Part shown: one piece after another, positions 22,261 through 33,544 of the stretch
How the letters are laid out: every line of letters begins with the position of its first letter
How positions within the stretch are numbered: the first letter of the stretch is position 1
Origin: Setoptus koraiensis
Taxonomy: Eukaryota; Animalia; Arthropoda
Length of the DNA stretch: 64,000 nucleotides
NCBI GenBank assembly: GCA_048013815.1
Contig: CM106586.1
Location: 6,014,001-6,078,000, forward strand
Direction: 5' to 3'
The notes under the pieces: model-generated
The model's database searches: none
What the model was told of the DNA's origin: nothing
The model's input: the letters and a program-made list of their open reading frames with translations, nothing else
Made by a program: the position numbers and the translations under genes

Positions 22261-23636
22261 GATAAGGTTATTAATCTCAGGTATTTATAAATAATTGTCA
22301 ATAGTTGACTGGGTATCACCTACTTGGTGAATACATGGTTATTCAAATGTGAATTTAGTCGCACATTGAATCCTATTGGTGAGTTAGTCATCCCTCATCA
22401 ACTTATCTCGAATGAAATTATTTTATTGATATCAAATTATTTGACCTATTCAACTGGTGGCATCACGATGTGTACGTTACAGTGAGATTGTTTCTGTTAT
22501 CAATAATTATAGTCAACAGTTAACTTCATTCGATTATAGTCATCTCGATAATCTGCTCATTGAGATAAAAATAAGATTTGAATCATAGGAAGTAGTATTG
22601 TTGAGTAAAGCCTTTTAAATACAACAAACTATTGCAGCTTATGCTCGTGTTCCCCAAATGGTTAATTAAATATTGCTCATAGATTATTTGACTGTATATT
22701 TATATACAATTGAACATAAAATCAATGATAAAATCAGTTCCACGGTCTAGATCTAATCTCATTCCCTTGAACAGTGACTCTCCCGATAACAATGATCTAT
22801 CGTGCTACAAAGTAGAGAATCTCTACTCTTTAGTTAAAGAGGCAAGACTCATTTTAGTCTTTGACTGGTGCATGTTATAAATGATTGTGATAGAACTGAC
22901 GATAATAACTCTATTGAAAGAATGTAAGATGGACGATGTTATCAGATGTGATCATCTGTCAATAGTAACATCTTATAAAAGTGTGATAGTCAAATGATGT
23001 TCCAGTCGTGAAATTTAAACTAAAGGTGCACCAAGATTCTCTTGCAACCTAAACTCGAAAATTTTTCTTTTTTTTCTCCGATAGTTAGTTGCCTCTAAAA
23101 TTAATAGTTGAGATATTTTTCTATCGTTTTTGTACAATTTCGATTCGTTTTTGATAAACTGTCACATTTATAGTTGATAAGAAACACTCGAGATTCTTCA
23201 GTAAATAATGAACAAAAGATAATAATAATACTCCATCGAAATATGCATGCCAGAGCCTTTTCGATGATACTGATTCAACGCGTCATTTATTTGGTACATC
23301 TCATTAGATTAAACTAAATAATGGTAGTCAATGTTGCTTTAGCAACTTATTTCACATTGTATATATTACAAGCACATATAGATGAAGACAAATGCATAAA
23401 TAGTCACTTGCATTGATCACGAAAGCGAGCTAGATTAGTTGTGTAGCGCGATCAATTCTCATTTTCCAGCACAATTCGCCGACGATCGGTCGCAATTGAA
23501 GCCATATACATTCACAAAGCGCAACAATTATCACTCAAGTCTAGATTTGTAGGCAACTACCGACGTATTCGTCAAACTGTAGAAAACTGATTGTAGTTTC
23601 GCAAGGTAAACCTCTTTACGGGGTACAAGAGATTTC

Positions 23637-24696
23637 GGGTGTTCTTGCGAAGTGGGCACCCATCAGATCACCACGAAACTCACCATGTGGGTACTCTAGA
23701 GGCCCCTGATGACGATTCTTCTAGACCGGAAGTGTAGAAATTACTCCTTCCGGTTTTAGCTTCAACTTCGAGCTAGAGACATGAAACTTGGTATGCAGCA
23801 GACTACAGTCATTCTCAGTACAATGTAGTTCATCTCATGCCTGTGCGACTTCCGGTTCCAGAGATATTCAGGGAAAACCGCGCGGGTATTCCGCCCGGGA
23901 CGAGATATTCGTGCGCACGAGAAAATACGTGCGCCAAGAGGCTCAGACATGTCGCCACACAAGTCGTCGAAGCGCTTGAATCATGTTCCGAGGCTTTCAA
24001 CTTTTCTTCTTGTCTCTTACTCTCGTCTATGGTTTGCAGTCATGTGAGCGGAGGGTAGAGGGCGCAGCCCGATACCCGAAGCGCTCATCAACCCTACCCG
24101 AAGGGTTCCCGTCGCACGCAGTCGTCGCGGGAGCGACGACGGAGATGTGACGGCCTCCAGATTACGAGGCCGCAGGCCGAGTTCTCAGACCCATCACAGG
24201 TGCGGTCCCGAGTGTGGTATCTACCTTGGTGATAATATTCATGAATCTCGCTAAAAATGAATTTCGCGTGCGCCGGGGATTGACGGGTGAGCATGGGTAC
24301 CCCGGGTACCGCGCGCTACCCGCAACGGTCATGCCGCACTCATGCGGTTGTGATTATTACCCTCGCGCAGCCTATTACTAACTCGGATACCCGAAATACC
24401 CGGGTAAACCCTGGTATCGCACATCGGGTTCATTTTAACACTTCCGGTATACGACTACTGAGTTCAAAATACTCGACTGTACCTTGCTGTAACAAAATTA
24501 TCTTCAAAAAAAGAAGTGGGAACCGCTAGCGGTCGTCGGGTATCACAAAACGCCCACTGTGCGGTACCTCGGGTACCTCGGAAACCGTAAGTTTCTACAT
24601 CTTATAAATACCCAATCTGGTATCAGGGTACTATACCCTACCCAAAAATACCCAAAATACCCCAATCTGATGGGTGCCCACTTCGCAAGTATAACC
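23637..24696 (+). mobile_element. Non-autonomous TIR DNA transposon (MITE) copy 1, divergent subfamily
   Basis: TIRs GGGTGTTCTTGCGAAGTGGGCACCCATCAGA / reverse complement GGTTATACTTGCGAAGTGGGCACCCATCAGA. Flanks GAGATTTC (23629-36) and GAGATTCC (24697-704) form an 8-bp TSD with 1 mismatch. 157-bp core at 24034-24190. Confidence 0.8.
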
Positions 24697-24794
24697 GAGA
24701 TTCCAATTGACTATAGCCTAAAATCAGCAGCAACAATTGGGTCACTGATAGATACATCTCTTATATCTGATGTATCATCATACTCACTGGCTTA

Positions 24795-24874
24795 CAGCAC
24801 CAGCACCAGCACCAGCACCAGCACCAGCACCAGCACCAGCACCAGCACCAGCACCAGCACCAGCACCAGCACCA
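24795..24874. repeat. (AGCACC)n hexanucleotide microsatellite
   Basis: About 13 perfect units. Confidence 0.9.
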
Positions 24875-24894
24875 GGCAGATGACAACTTGCGGA

Positions 24895-25587
24895 GCATGA
24901 TGAGATCAAAATTAATCTATTTTAACTTCTGGTTCATAAGATACAGAGGTTAAACAAAATTTTGGGGTGTGGCCGGGCCTGTGCGGTTGCGGTCAGCGGA
25001 CCCATTCTGTGCCTCGTGCTCGCTGCACTCTGTATTCACGTCTGTTTTTAGTCATTCAATCCCCTCTTTCTCATTCTCTGTTGGGTGGTTTGTTCACTCT
25101 TCCCGCCTGCAGCTGTGTTTGGATTGCAGTCATGTGAGCGGAGGGTAGAGGGCGTAGCCCGATACCCGAAGCGCTCATCAACCCTACCCGAAGGGTTTCC
25201 GTCGCACGCAGTCGTCGCGGTAGCGACGACGGAGATGTGACGGCCTCCAGAATACGAGGCCGCAGGCCGAGTTCTAAGAACAATTGCAAGCTAATCCCTG
25301 AGTGCAGTGGAGCCTGAATTCGGCAACTTATGGTCTCTCAATTCTATAGATATCGCTATAAGCAGAGAACCGGAAGTGGTGAAGTGCTGAAAGTTATGTC
25401 ATCCTGTTAATCGTCATCAAGAACGTCAGTCTGGTGAGTTTCAACTCTCTAGAAGCAGTCTTAGGTAAAACCGGAACCTGAAGTTTCCGCACTTCCGGAC
25501 CACTTTTCCTGGTGATTTGAGGTCAAGATGAACCGGTACCGGAGGTTTCATCACGATCGGCGCTGGGACCTAATCGCTACAACAACC
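24895..25587 (+). mobile_element. MITE copy 2, left end truncated
   Basis: Core at 25124-25280; left part homologous to 26720-26850; right terminus ATCGCTACAACAACC at 25587. Confidence 0.75.
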
Positions 25588-25633
25588 AAAAAAAACTACA
25601 GCACCAGCAGCGACAACAACTACAGCACCAGCA

Positions 25634-26143
25634 GTGACAACAACTACAGCAGCAACAGCAACAACATCAACAGCAGCAACAACATCAACAGCAGAAACAA
25701 CGTCAATAGCAGAAACAACGTCAATAGCAGAAACAACGTCAATAGCAGCAACAACATCAACAGCAGCATCACTATCACAACAAAGTCTCTCTATAGACTT
25801 TTCAGTGAGCCAGCTGGTGCCCATGCTGCATTCAACAGCGCTGAACATGGATGCGCCTCCAGCCCAAAATGTTGGGAAAAAGCTGGAGGTGTTTGAAAAT
25901 TTGGTGGATCCTCTCCCTAATATCAAGTTGGTTGAAGCAGTGATGCCACTCGCCAGACAAAACGGAGGACCCCAAACGAAGGTCCTCCTCGTTCTGAAGA
26001 ACGGGCCTGCGAGAAAGATAACTTATAGACAGGCCAAGGACAATTACGAAAAATTAATGCATCAATATGAGGTAGAAAGGAGGAGAATGAGGGGCAACAA
26101 GGTCTTTGAAGAAACAAGAGGGACCTGGGTGCCACGGCTCTAG
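25634..26143 (+). CDS. Orphan ORF: Thr/Ala-rich repeat N-terminus plus possible chromo-shadow-like C-terminus
   Basis: 169-aa open frame with 18-nt repeats (TTSIAE). The C-terminal KVLLVLKNG..ITYRQAKDNYEKLMHQYEVER loosely matches the chromo-shadow pattern. Confidence 0.4.
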   Translation: MTTTTAATATTSTAATTSTAETTSIAETTSIAETTSIAATTSTAASLSQQSLSIDFSVSQLVPMLHSTALNMDAPPAQNVGKKLEVFENLVDPLPNIKLVEAVMPLARQNGGPQTKVLLVLKNGPARKITYRQAKDNYEKLMHQYEVERRRMRGNKVFEETRGTWVPRL

Positions 26144-26175
26144 CTGTAACAGCAGTTACTGCTGTTGTAGCAGCC

Positions 26176-26451
26176 GTGGCATATACAACCGACGAACGTC
26201 AAGAGGCGCTCCAAAGAAACCATGACATAGCCAAGCTTACGTTACAATTGGATGAAAACATCAAAGTTGTGAAAGATATGGTAATAATCTCCAACAAACG
26301 ATTAGCAGAAAAAATAAACTCTATTGAAAGAGACATTGACGTCTTATCAGTAACACTGCAAGCCCAGCCACAGATTAATGACGCATACGTACAAGTGATG
26401 CTTAGGATGGATGAAATTCATCTCAAGCTCAAGGCACTTGAAACCAAGTGA
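26176..26451 (+). CDS. Orphan coiled-coil ORF, 91 codons (GTG start)
   Basis: Heptad-like L/I periodicity; the stop codon lies inside a repeated hairpin motif. Confidence 0.35.
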   Translation: MAYTTDERQEALQRNHDIAKLTLQLDENIKVVKDMVIISNKRLAEKINSIERDIDVLSVTLQAQPQINDAYVQVMLRMDEIHLKLKALETK

Positions 26452-26535
26452 TACTGATTCAATCAGTATCTCGAGCGTTTAATTTTGTGGATAGTAACGT
26501 TGGAATGGAAGGGCTAGTAGGTGATAAAATGTATC

Positions 26536-27394
26536 GGGTGTTCTTTCGATTAGGTCCCCACTCAGAATTCGATGAAACTTCACACACAGGCCCCGCAGGG
26601 GCCCCACATCATGGATTATGTGGTCCGGAAGTGCGGAAACTTCCGGTTCCGGTTTTACAAAAAGTTGAAGCTAGAGCTCTGAAAATTCATAATCAGATAG
26701 GTGACCCCCAGCGGAGCACGATGAAATCAAAATAAATCTAATATCACTTCCGGTTAGCTAGATATCACGGTTAAACTGAAATTAGAGGTGCGGCCGGGCC
26801 TGTGCGGTGGCGGTGAGCGGGCCCATACTGTGCACAGACTGCGCATCACCATGTATTAGCTTGTAATTCAATTGTTCTTACTTGTCTCATCCTTATTTTT
26901 CATTCCCCCGCTTTGTTTGTGGATGGATTGCAGTCATGTGAGCGGAGGGTAGAGGGCGCGGCCCGATACTCGAAGCGCTCATCAACCCTACCCGAAGGGT
27001 TCCCGTCGCACGCAGTCGTCGCGGGAGCGACGACGGAGATGTGACGGCCTCCAGAATACGAGGCCGCAGGCCGAGTTCTCAGACCCACCGCATGTTCTTC
27101 ATCCCCGAGCGCAGCGAAGCAATAATTTGGTCACTTCCGGTCTTCAAACCCCGCAAATATGACTATATCTAGAAAACCGGAAGTCGCACAGATCTGAAAA
27201 TTATTCCATCGTGTTGAGAGTAGCCTGAAACGTCAGTCCAGCGAATTTCAGAGCTCTAGCTTCAACCTTTTGTAAAATCGGAACCGGAAGTTTCCGCACT
27301 TCCGGACTACTTTTTCCGCTCTATTGGGGTCAAGGGGAAACCACACCGGAAGCTTCATCAAGATCTGAGTGGGGACCTATTCGAAAGAACAACC
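26536..27394 (+). mobile_element. MITE copy 3
   Basis: TIRs GGGTGTTCTTTCGATTAGGTCCCCACTCAGA / reverse complement GGTTGTTCTTTCGAATAGGTCCCCACTCAGA, with inverted CCGGAAGT-rich arms and core at 26928-27084. No matching TSD, so probably rearranged. Confidence 0.85.
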
Positions 27395-28194
27395 CAAGTG
27401 AGTTTCATCCATGTTAAAAATTCGAGTTGTATTTGTGAGAGACATGATACGGGGTATCTCGTTCAAAATGAAGCGATCGGCTGCCTTCACATCACATGAC
27501 AGTTGCTCGCCACACACTGCATAGTTCTTCACACCATACCTTTTTAGCGCTTAATTTTAATTAAGTAGCTATTGGGATGGGTTTGGGTGCTACGTTTATT
27601 CACGTGGGTAGAACAAATCAGTGCTTTTTTCAACTAGGAAAAAAAAGCACGGTGAAAGCTGTACAATGAGAAATAAACTAGATAAATTCAGAACACCCAA
27701 AGCTTACAATGTTGATTAGTTGAATTTAGCACATACAATGCTATGCGCGTTCACTTACTAGACGCGATTAGCACGCTCAAAGCTGAGATGCTAACTAGAT
27801 GAATCTAGCAGAGCAGAAGGCTAGCTGTATACAATTCGGATTTAGTGCACTAGAAGCTAGAGGCGTCAGAACTAGAAGATTGTAGAACAGTAGATACTAT
27901 TCAGAATAACTACTGCTTCTCAGCACTGTCAATGCTGATGTGGCTGAAACTAGACGAGTGTAGCACGCTCAATACTGATATGTAAAATAGATGAATTCAG
28001 CACAGCAGAAGGCTACCTGTCTACAATTCTGATTTAGTGCACGGGAAGCTAAATGCGTTGTAGCTAAGAGATAACAGCACAGCAGAAACTGCTCAACCAT
28101 TCAAGGTATAGAAACGTTAACAATGTTATCCCTATGGAGATTTGACTTTGCCAATTTCACGTTGGTCCCTGTGTTAAAGTATCTAAACGTTAAC

Positions 28195-28570
28195 AGTGTT
28201 CGATGGTCAATGTTCGATGGTCACATTTCGAACTTCGAAATTGAAAATTCGATTTTCTGATGATAGTTCCATCTGCTCTGTCGGAGTTCGATGGTCAGAG
28301 TTCGGTGGTCAGAGTTCGATGGTCAGAGTTCGATGGTCACATTTCGAAATTCGAAATTGAAAATTCGAATTTCCGATACTAGTTTCAGGTGCTTGTACAG
28401 GGTTCGATGGTCACAATTCGAAGTTCGATGGTCACAATTCGAAGTTCGATGGTCACATTTCGAACTTCGAACTTCAAACTTCGAAATTCGAAATTGAAAA
28501 TTGGAATTTCTGATGACAGTTCCATCTGCTCGTTCGATGTTCGATGGTCACATTTTGAAGTTCGGTGGTT
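28195..28570. repeat. TTCGAA/GTTCGATGGTCA heptamer-based satellite block
   Basis: Tandem 7-mers (TTCGAAA/C) and 14-mers (GTTCGATGGTCAGA) in a higher-order unit; inverted copies at 33545-34666. Confidence 0.85.
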
Positions 28571-28749
28571 AACAGGTTGTCATAAACTCCTTTGAATCCT
28601 TCAACAATACTTGTCCACACAAAAAATAAAGCGCTCGAAATACTGATTTGATCAGTATTACTTGTTCTGAATGACTCCAACCAAGAGATCGTGATCTTGT
28701 CGTTGTCAACAGATGTGCTTTTGACAAGCATCTGAGCTTGACTCAGAAC

Positions 28750-30145
28750 TATTTGGTCAGTTAAAGGAAATCTATTCCTAGGAAGCTACAACGGTCAAAC
28801 TTTAGCCTGTATACTGGCCGACGAAGATATTAAGGGTGTTGTAGCGAATAGTGCCCCAGTCAGATTTCGATGAAAATTCACACACGGAGCCCGTAGGGCC
28901 CAAAAAACAATAACCTCGGTGGTCCGGAAGTGCGGAAACTTCCGGTTCCGGTTTTACAAAAAAAAATGAGATACAGGCTTGAAACTCACTATACATATGA
29001 ACCAGAGCACGCAGAGTACTATAACGTCAATCTCAAATTTGTCTCACTTCCGGTTGACGAGATATCTGAATGAAACCGCTGCAGGGGCGTAGACGGGACG
29101 GAATACCCGCGCGCACGAACAAATACGTGCGCTATCAGGCCCATTCTGTTCAACACTTAAGGATGCGCAGCTCCTTTTCTGTGCCGGATACATGTTCAGA
29201 GCCTTCCATGCGTCCCCATTTCGTTCTTTTTCTATCATTCGTGTATGGATTGCAGTCATGTGAGCGGAGGGTAGAGGGCGCAGCCCGATACCCGAAGCGC
29301 TCATCAACCCTACCCGAAGGGTTCCCGTCGCACGCAGTCGTCGCGGGAGCGACGACGGAGATGTGACGGCCTCCAGAATACGAGACCGCAGGCCGAGTTC
29401 TCAGACACACCGCATGTGCATCCCCGAGCGCAGCGAAGCAATAATTTGGTCACTTCCGGTCTTCTAACCCTAGTAATATCTCTATATCTCGAAAACCGGA
29501 AGTCGCACAGAGCTGGAAATTATGTCATCGTGTTCAGCGTAGCTTGAAACGTCTCTGTGGTGAATTTCAGAGCTCTAGATTCAACTTTTTGTAAAACCGG
29601 AACCGGAAGTTTCCGCACTTCCGGACCACTTTTCCCGATGGTTTTGGGTCAAGATGAACCCGTACCGGAAGTTTCATCAAAATCGGGGTGGGGCACTATT
29701 CGCTACAACAACCGATATTAAATGTCCATGTGCCCCAACTAAGGAATAGATTCCTGTAGTGGAATACGGAATGATTAACCGTCTGAACGGTTACACTACC
29801 TCCACTTGCCCCCCAAAATATGACAGTAATCAACAGAACGACAGAGGGAAGGATCTGTATGGCACATACGCCAAATATCTCTGTCACGAAGCGGTTAAGG
29901 ACAACTGGTCCAGTAACGAAGTCGCCCGCCTCAACTATGGTCGACTTATATCCTCGGGATGCCTTCTCGCAAGAAAGATATTCAACTGCATGTGCACCGA
30001 CCAGGCTGACCACCTTTCAACTATCCTGGACGGGCTGACCGAGCACACCACTAAGGAAGTCGGGATGGTTCAGATGAGCAACAAAGACCGGTGCTTGACC
30101 GTGAGCAATCAGCCTAACCTAACCTCTATATACAAGTTATACTGA
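28750..30145 (+). pseudogene. Unknown coding sequence interrupted by MITE copy 4
   Basis: Removing 28834-29721 rejoins one frame: ...FLGSYNGQTLACILADEDIKCPCAPTKE*IPVVEYGMINRLNG... continuing to the stop at 30145. Confidence 0.45.
28834..29713 (+). mobile_element. MITE copy 4, intact, 880 bp
   Basis: TIRs GGGTGTTGTAGCGAATAGTGCCCCA / reverse complement GGTTGTTGTAGCGAATAGTGCCCCA. Perfect 8-bp TSD GATATTAA at 28826-33 and 29714-21. Core at 29250-29406. Confidence 0.92.
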
Positions 30146-30706
30146 TTATACCAGTATAAGAGCGCTTAATTTTTCCAGTGAACGATCTTAGAGGTTTGGA
30201 CAGTTTGTTAAGTAGTGACAAGTGCTAGCTGTCTCTAGAAAGTTTCAAGAATTCATCCTGGTGAGAACAGTATCGAAAATCACACATACTGTATAGGCAC
30301 ATGTTCTCAATAATGGCCCATAGCGCCAATACTAGAAACAGAAAATTGATTAAACTTGCATAGATCGTGTATAAGACAGTGCTAGCTGTCTCTAGAAAGT
30401 TGCGGGAATTTATCCGGATGAGAACAGTTTCAAAAATGCCACGTGATGTATGGGCATACCTGATCAGATATCATATACATAGTATAAGCTCACCTGATCC
30501 AGAATAGCCCATAGCGTCAATACTAAAGACAGACAAGTGATACTGATCTTATCAGTATCAAGAGCGCTTAATTTTGTGAGTTGGTAATTGGCAGATATCA
30601 AATTTTGAATCTCCATAGAGTTAACATGTGTAATGTTTAGATACTTTAACACGGGAATTGAGAGACTCGAATCTCCACCGTCGGACGTCGACGTCTACAA
30701 GCACCG

Positions 30707-31760
30707 TTGTGTTGGAAGACCAAGTTAGACGAGATATTAATCAAACTGGGTTTTGTGGCAACTCACGCAGACCCGTGTCTATATATTGGCAAGTATAATG
30801 GTGTCAAGATCATAATCATGGTCTACGTGGACGACGGCATTGCGGCAGCCACAGATATCAAAGCGCTGAACGATCTTCTTATACAGACAAGCACGTAAAT
30901 GTGAAGGTCATTGAGACAGACGTGTTTGTCGGATTCGAAATACTGAAAACAAACACGTCTATTATACTGAATCAACAACACTATATAGACAATATTCTAG
31001 AAGCTTTCAACATGAAGAAGGCAAAAACAACAAACACACTGATCAGAGATGTAGATAATCTGAACCAGATCGGCGAGATGGATGAGATAGTGAGTGTGCC
31101 ATATAGAGAACTTGTGGGCAGCTTGAACTACGCCTCCTGTTTCACCCGCCCTGACCTGACCCATGCTGTGAGCGTCCTTTCAAAGTACAATGATGCACCT
31201 CGCGCAAAGCATTGGGAGGCCGCTGAACACTGTTTGCGTTATTTAAAGGGGACTATGAACTACGGTCTGCAGCTCAAAAGAGGTGGAGAGTTGAGACTCG
31301 TTGGCTATTCTGATGCGGACTGGGGGGGCGACATCAAAACAAGACGCTCCACCAGTGGCACTATGGTGATGATAAACGACTCCCCCGTAATGTATCGTAG
31401 CAAACTGCAAACAATTGTGGCGTTGTCCTCAACCGAAAGTGAGTACATTGCAGCGAGCGCAGCAGTCAAAGAATTGATCTATGTTAAGTCACTACTCCAA
31501 GAAATAGACGTACCCACTGTTGGTCCTGTAGTACTACGAACTGACAATCAGTCAATTTAAAATTAATTAACAATAGTGCACCGTCCAAGCTAACACGACA
31601 CATCGACATTAAATTCCATCATATAAAAGAGAAATAGATACGATATAGATATACGTGCCTTCAAATCATCAATTAGCAGACATCATGACCAAGGGTCTAC
31701 CGCCTCGAACCCATTCATCCGCAATAGGGAAGATAGGCTTGGCCAGCCTCTTACTCACAT
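30707..31760 (+). mobile_element. Ty1/copia retrotransposon RT-RNase H fragment, inactive
   Basis: ADPCLY, VYVDDG, YRELVGSLNY, TRPDL, GYSDADWGGD..RRSTSG, ALSSTESEYIA, TDNQS, RHIDIKFH, DIMTKGL; stops and frameshifts; no LTRs found. Confidence 0.92.
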
Positions 31761-32979
31761 GCCTGTGAAGTAGAGGCGTACGTAGTAGAATGAGCGTGGC
31801 AATAGATTTCTATAGCCCACCTCATCAATAACGAATTCTGTATCCTTCTGCAACCGAAACACGTAGTCTGGGCAATCACACAGAGACCCTTCGATCTTAA
31901 TCTTCCTTGACACACTCACACACAAATCAATCCTTAATCCTTTGGACATCGTTGAATCACTCGTAGATCTCTTGGGCGAGATCCTCATCAAAACAGCTAG
32001 ATCCAGCGAAGCTTCCGCATGGGAGAAGCCCGGCGGCGTAAATCTCGCCAATTCAACAAACATTTCGAGGATATGTAGCGGCCATTTTAGCTGTCTCGAC
32101 TTCCCACATTCTAACTCATCGTCTCTACCCGAATCGATCGTTGACGGCATGCGAACTATTTCTGACTGGTGGCAAGGAACAAATAAGACAAAATCAAAAT
32201 GGATGACGCCCATAATGACATTAGCAAATTGCCACACGGTATAACAACAACAACAAGTACGAGTTTTTCATGTGGACGATTATCGTTGAAAGATTAGGAG
32301 GAGTTTATGACAACCTGTTAGCCTTCGCAATCGATGAATTGATGCATACTTGGTAGCCAAGAGTACAAGAGATCTCAGCTATACCACATAGTAGTATAGC
32401 TGAGATGCTCGTGTGCGGTATGATATCCAAATTGGTCGTTTGGTCAGTTCAGACCATGTATAGAGTGCCACAAACTAGATCCAGGTTTCTCAAATTTTCA
32501 CTATAGTTAGATGTACATGTCTGCTGCCTGCATGCAAAAACTGGTGCACTTTCATCGGTTAGTTTCGCCACAATTAATGATTTAAATACATACACCAAGA
32601 CGCAATGGCGCACTATGTGTTAAAGCGCGCGCTTCATGTGCGCTGTGCTATTCAAATTGATCGTTTGGTCGTTTCATATCATCTAAAGAGTATCACAAAC
32701 TAGATCCAGGTTCACCAAATTTTCTCTGTTCAATTGTTCTCTAGTGATTCTACCTCCTAGCTTTTCCTGTGCTAAATTTAATAAGCCAACATTTAAGCGT
32801 TCTATTGTACTGAATCTACCTAGTTTTCGTCTTTCTAGCTTCTTTAGTTCTAATTACAATTCGTAAACAGTAAGCATTCTCGCGTCTCAATTTTGACTAG
32901 TGAGCATCTCAGCTTCCACTGTATATTTGTTTTCCAATGACTCCGCCTCCTAGCTTTCAGTGTATAAGAGTTACAGCTG

Positions 32980-33120
32980 CTCGTTCGATGGTTAGAGTTC
33001 GATGGTCAGAGTTCGGTGGTCAATGTTCGATGGTCACAGTTCGACGTTCGGTGGTAACAATTTGAAGTTCGAAGATTGAAAATTCGAATTTCCGAAACCA
33101 GTTCCAGGTGCTCGTACAGT
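32980..33120. repeat. Short block of the TTCGAA/GTTCGATGGTCA satellite
   Basis: Same 7/14-mer units as 28195-28570, same orientation. Confidence 0.75.
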
Positions 33121-33544
33121 AGTGATCGGGGGAGAGCCGTCTCCGTCTCCCCCTCCCGCTGTGTATAGAGGGGAGAGGGAGAATAAATCTTCCCCTCCCG
33201 TCTCCCGCTTGGGGAGATGGGAGAGGGCATCTCCCAGGGAGAGATCCGTCTCCCGGGGAAGGCCCCGGGGAACTCTGCAGTGTCCTTTTCAGCGACCATC
33301 AGCGTCTCTTCGATACTTCTACGAACAGTTCACATCTACGATCAATCCACACAAGTTTCTACGATCGATTCTCTATTCACATACAAATTGTTTCACAGTT
33401 TCTTCTATTGATTCTTCTAAATCAATCAATCTGCAAATTTATGGAACGTTGAAACAAGTAATACTGATCAAATCAGTATTTCGAGCGCTTAATTTTTCGT
33501 GTGGACAAGTATTGTTGAAGGATTCAAAGGAGTTTGTGACAACC

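Noticed and set aside
24034-24190. Hammerhead or HDV ribozyme in the MITE core (TGATGAG; 7-bp stem with terminal G-U)
   Set aside because: No GAAA partner for a hammerhead; no P3/L3/P1.1 geometry for HDV on either strand.
26790-26830. 7SL/Alu-like start GGCCGGGC..GCGGTGGC
   Set aside because: Similarity limited to about 15 nt; no downstream SRP sequence.
33120-33275. GC-rich CCCGTCTCCC/GGGAGA block starting TAGTGATC, possibly a hAT-MITE end
   Set aside because: No partner TIR or TSD found, so it cannot be classified.
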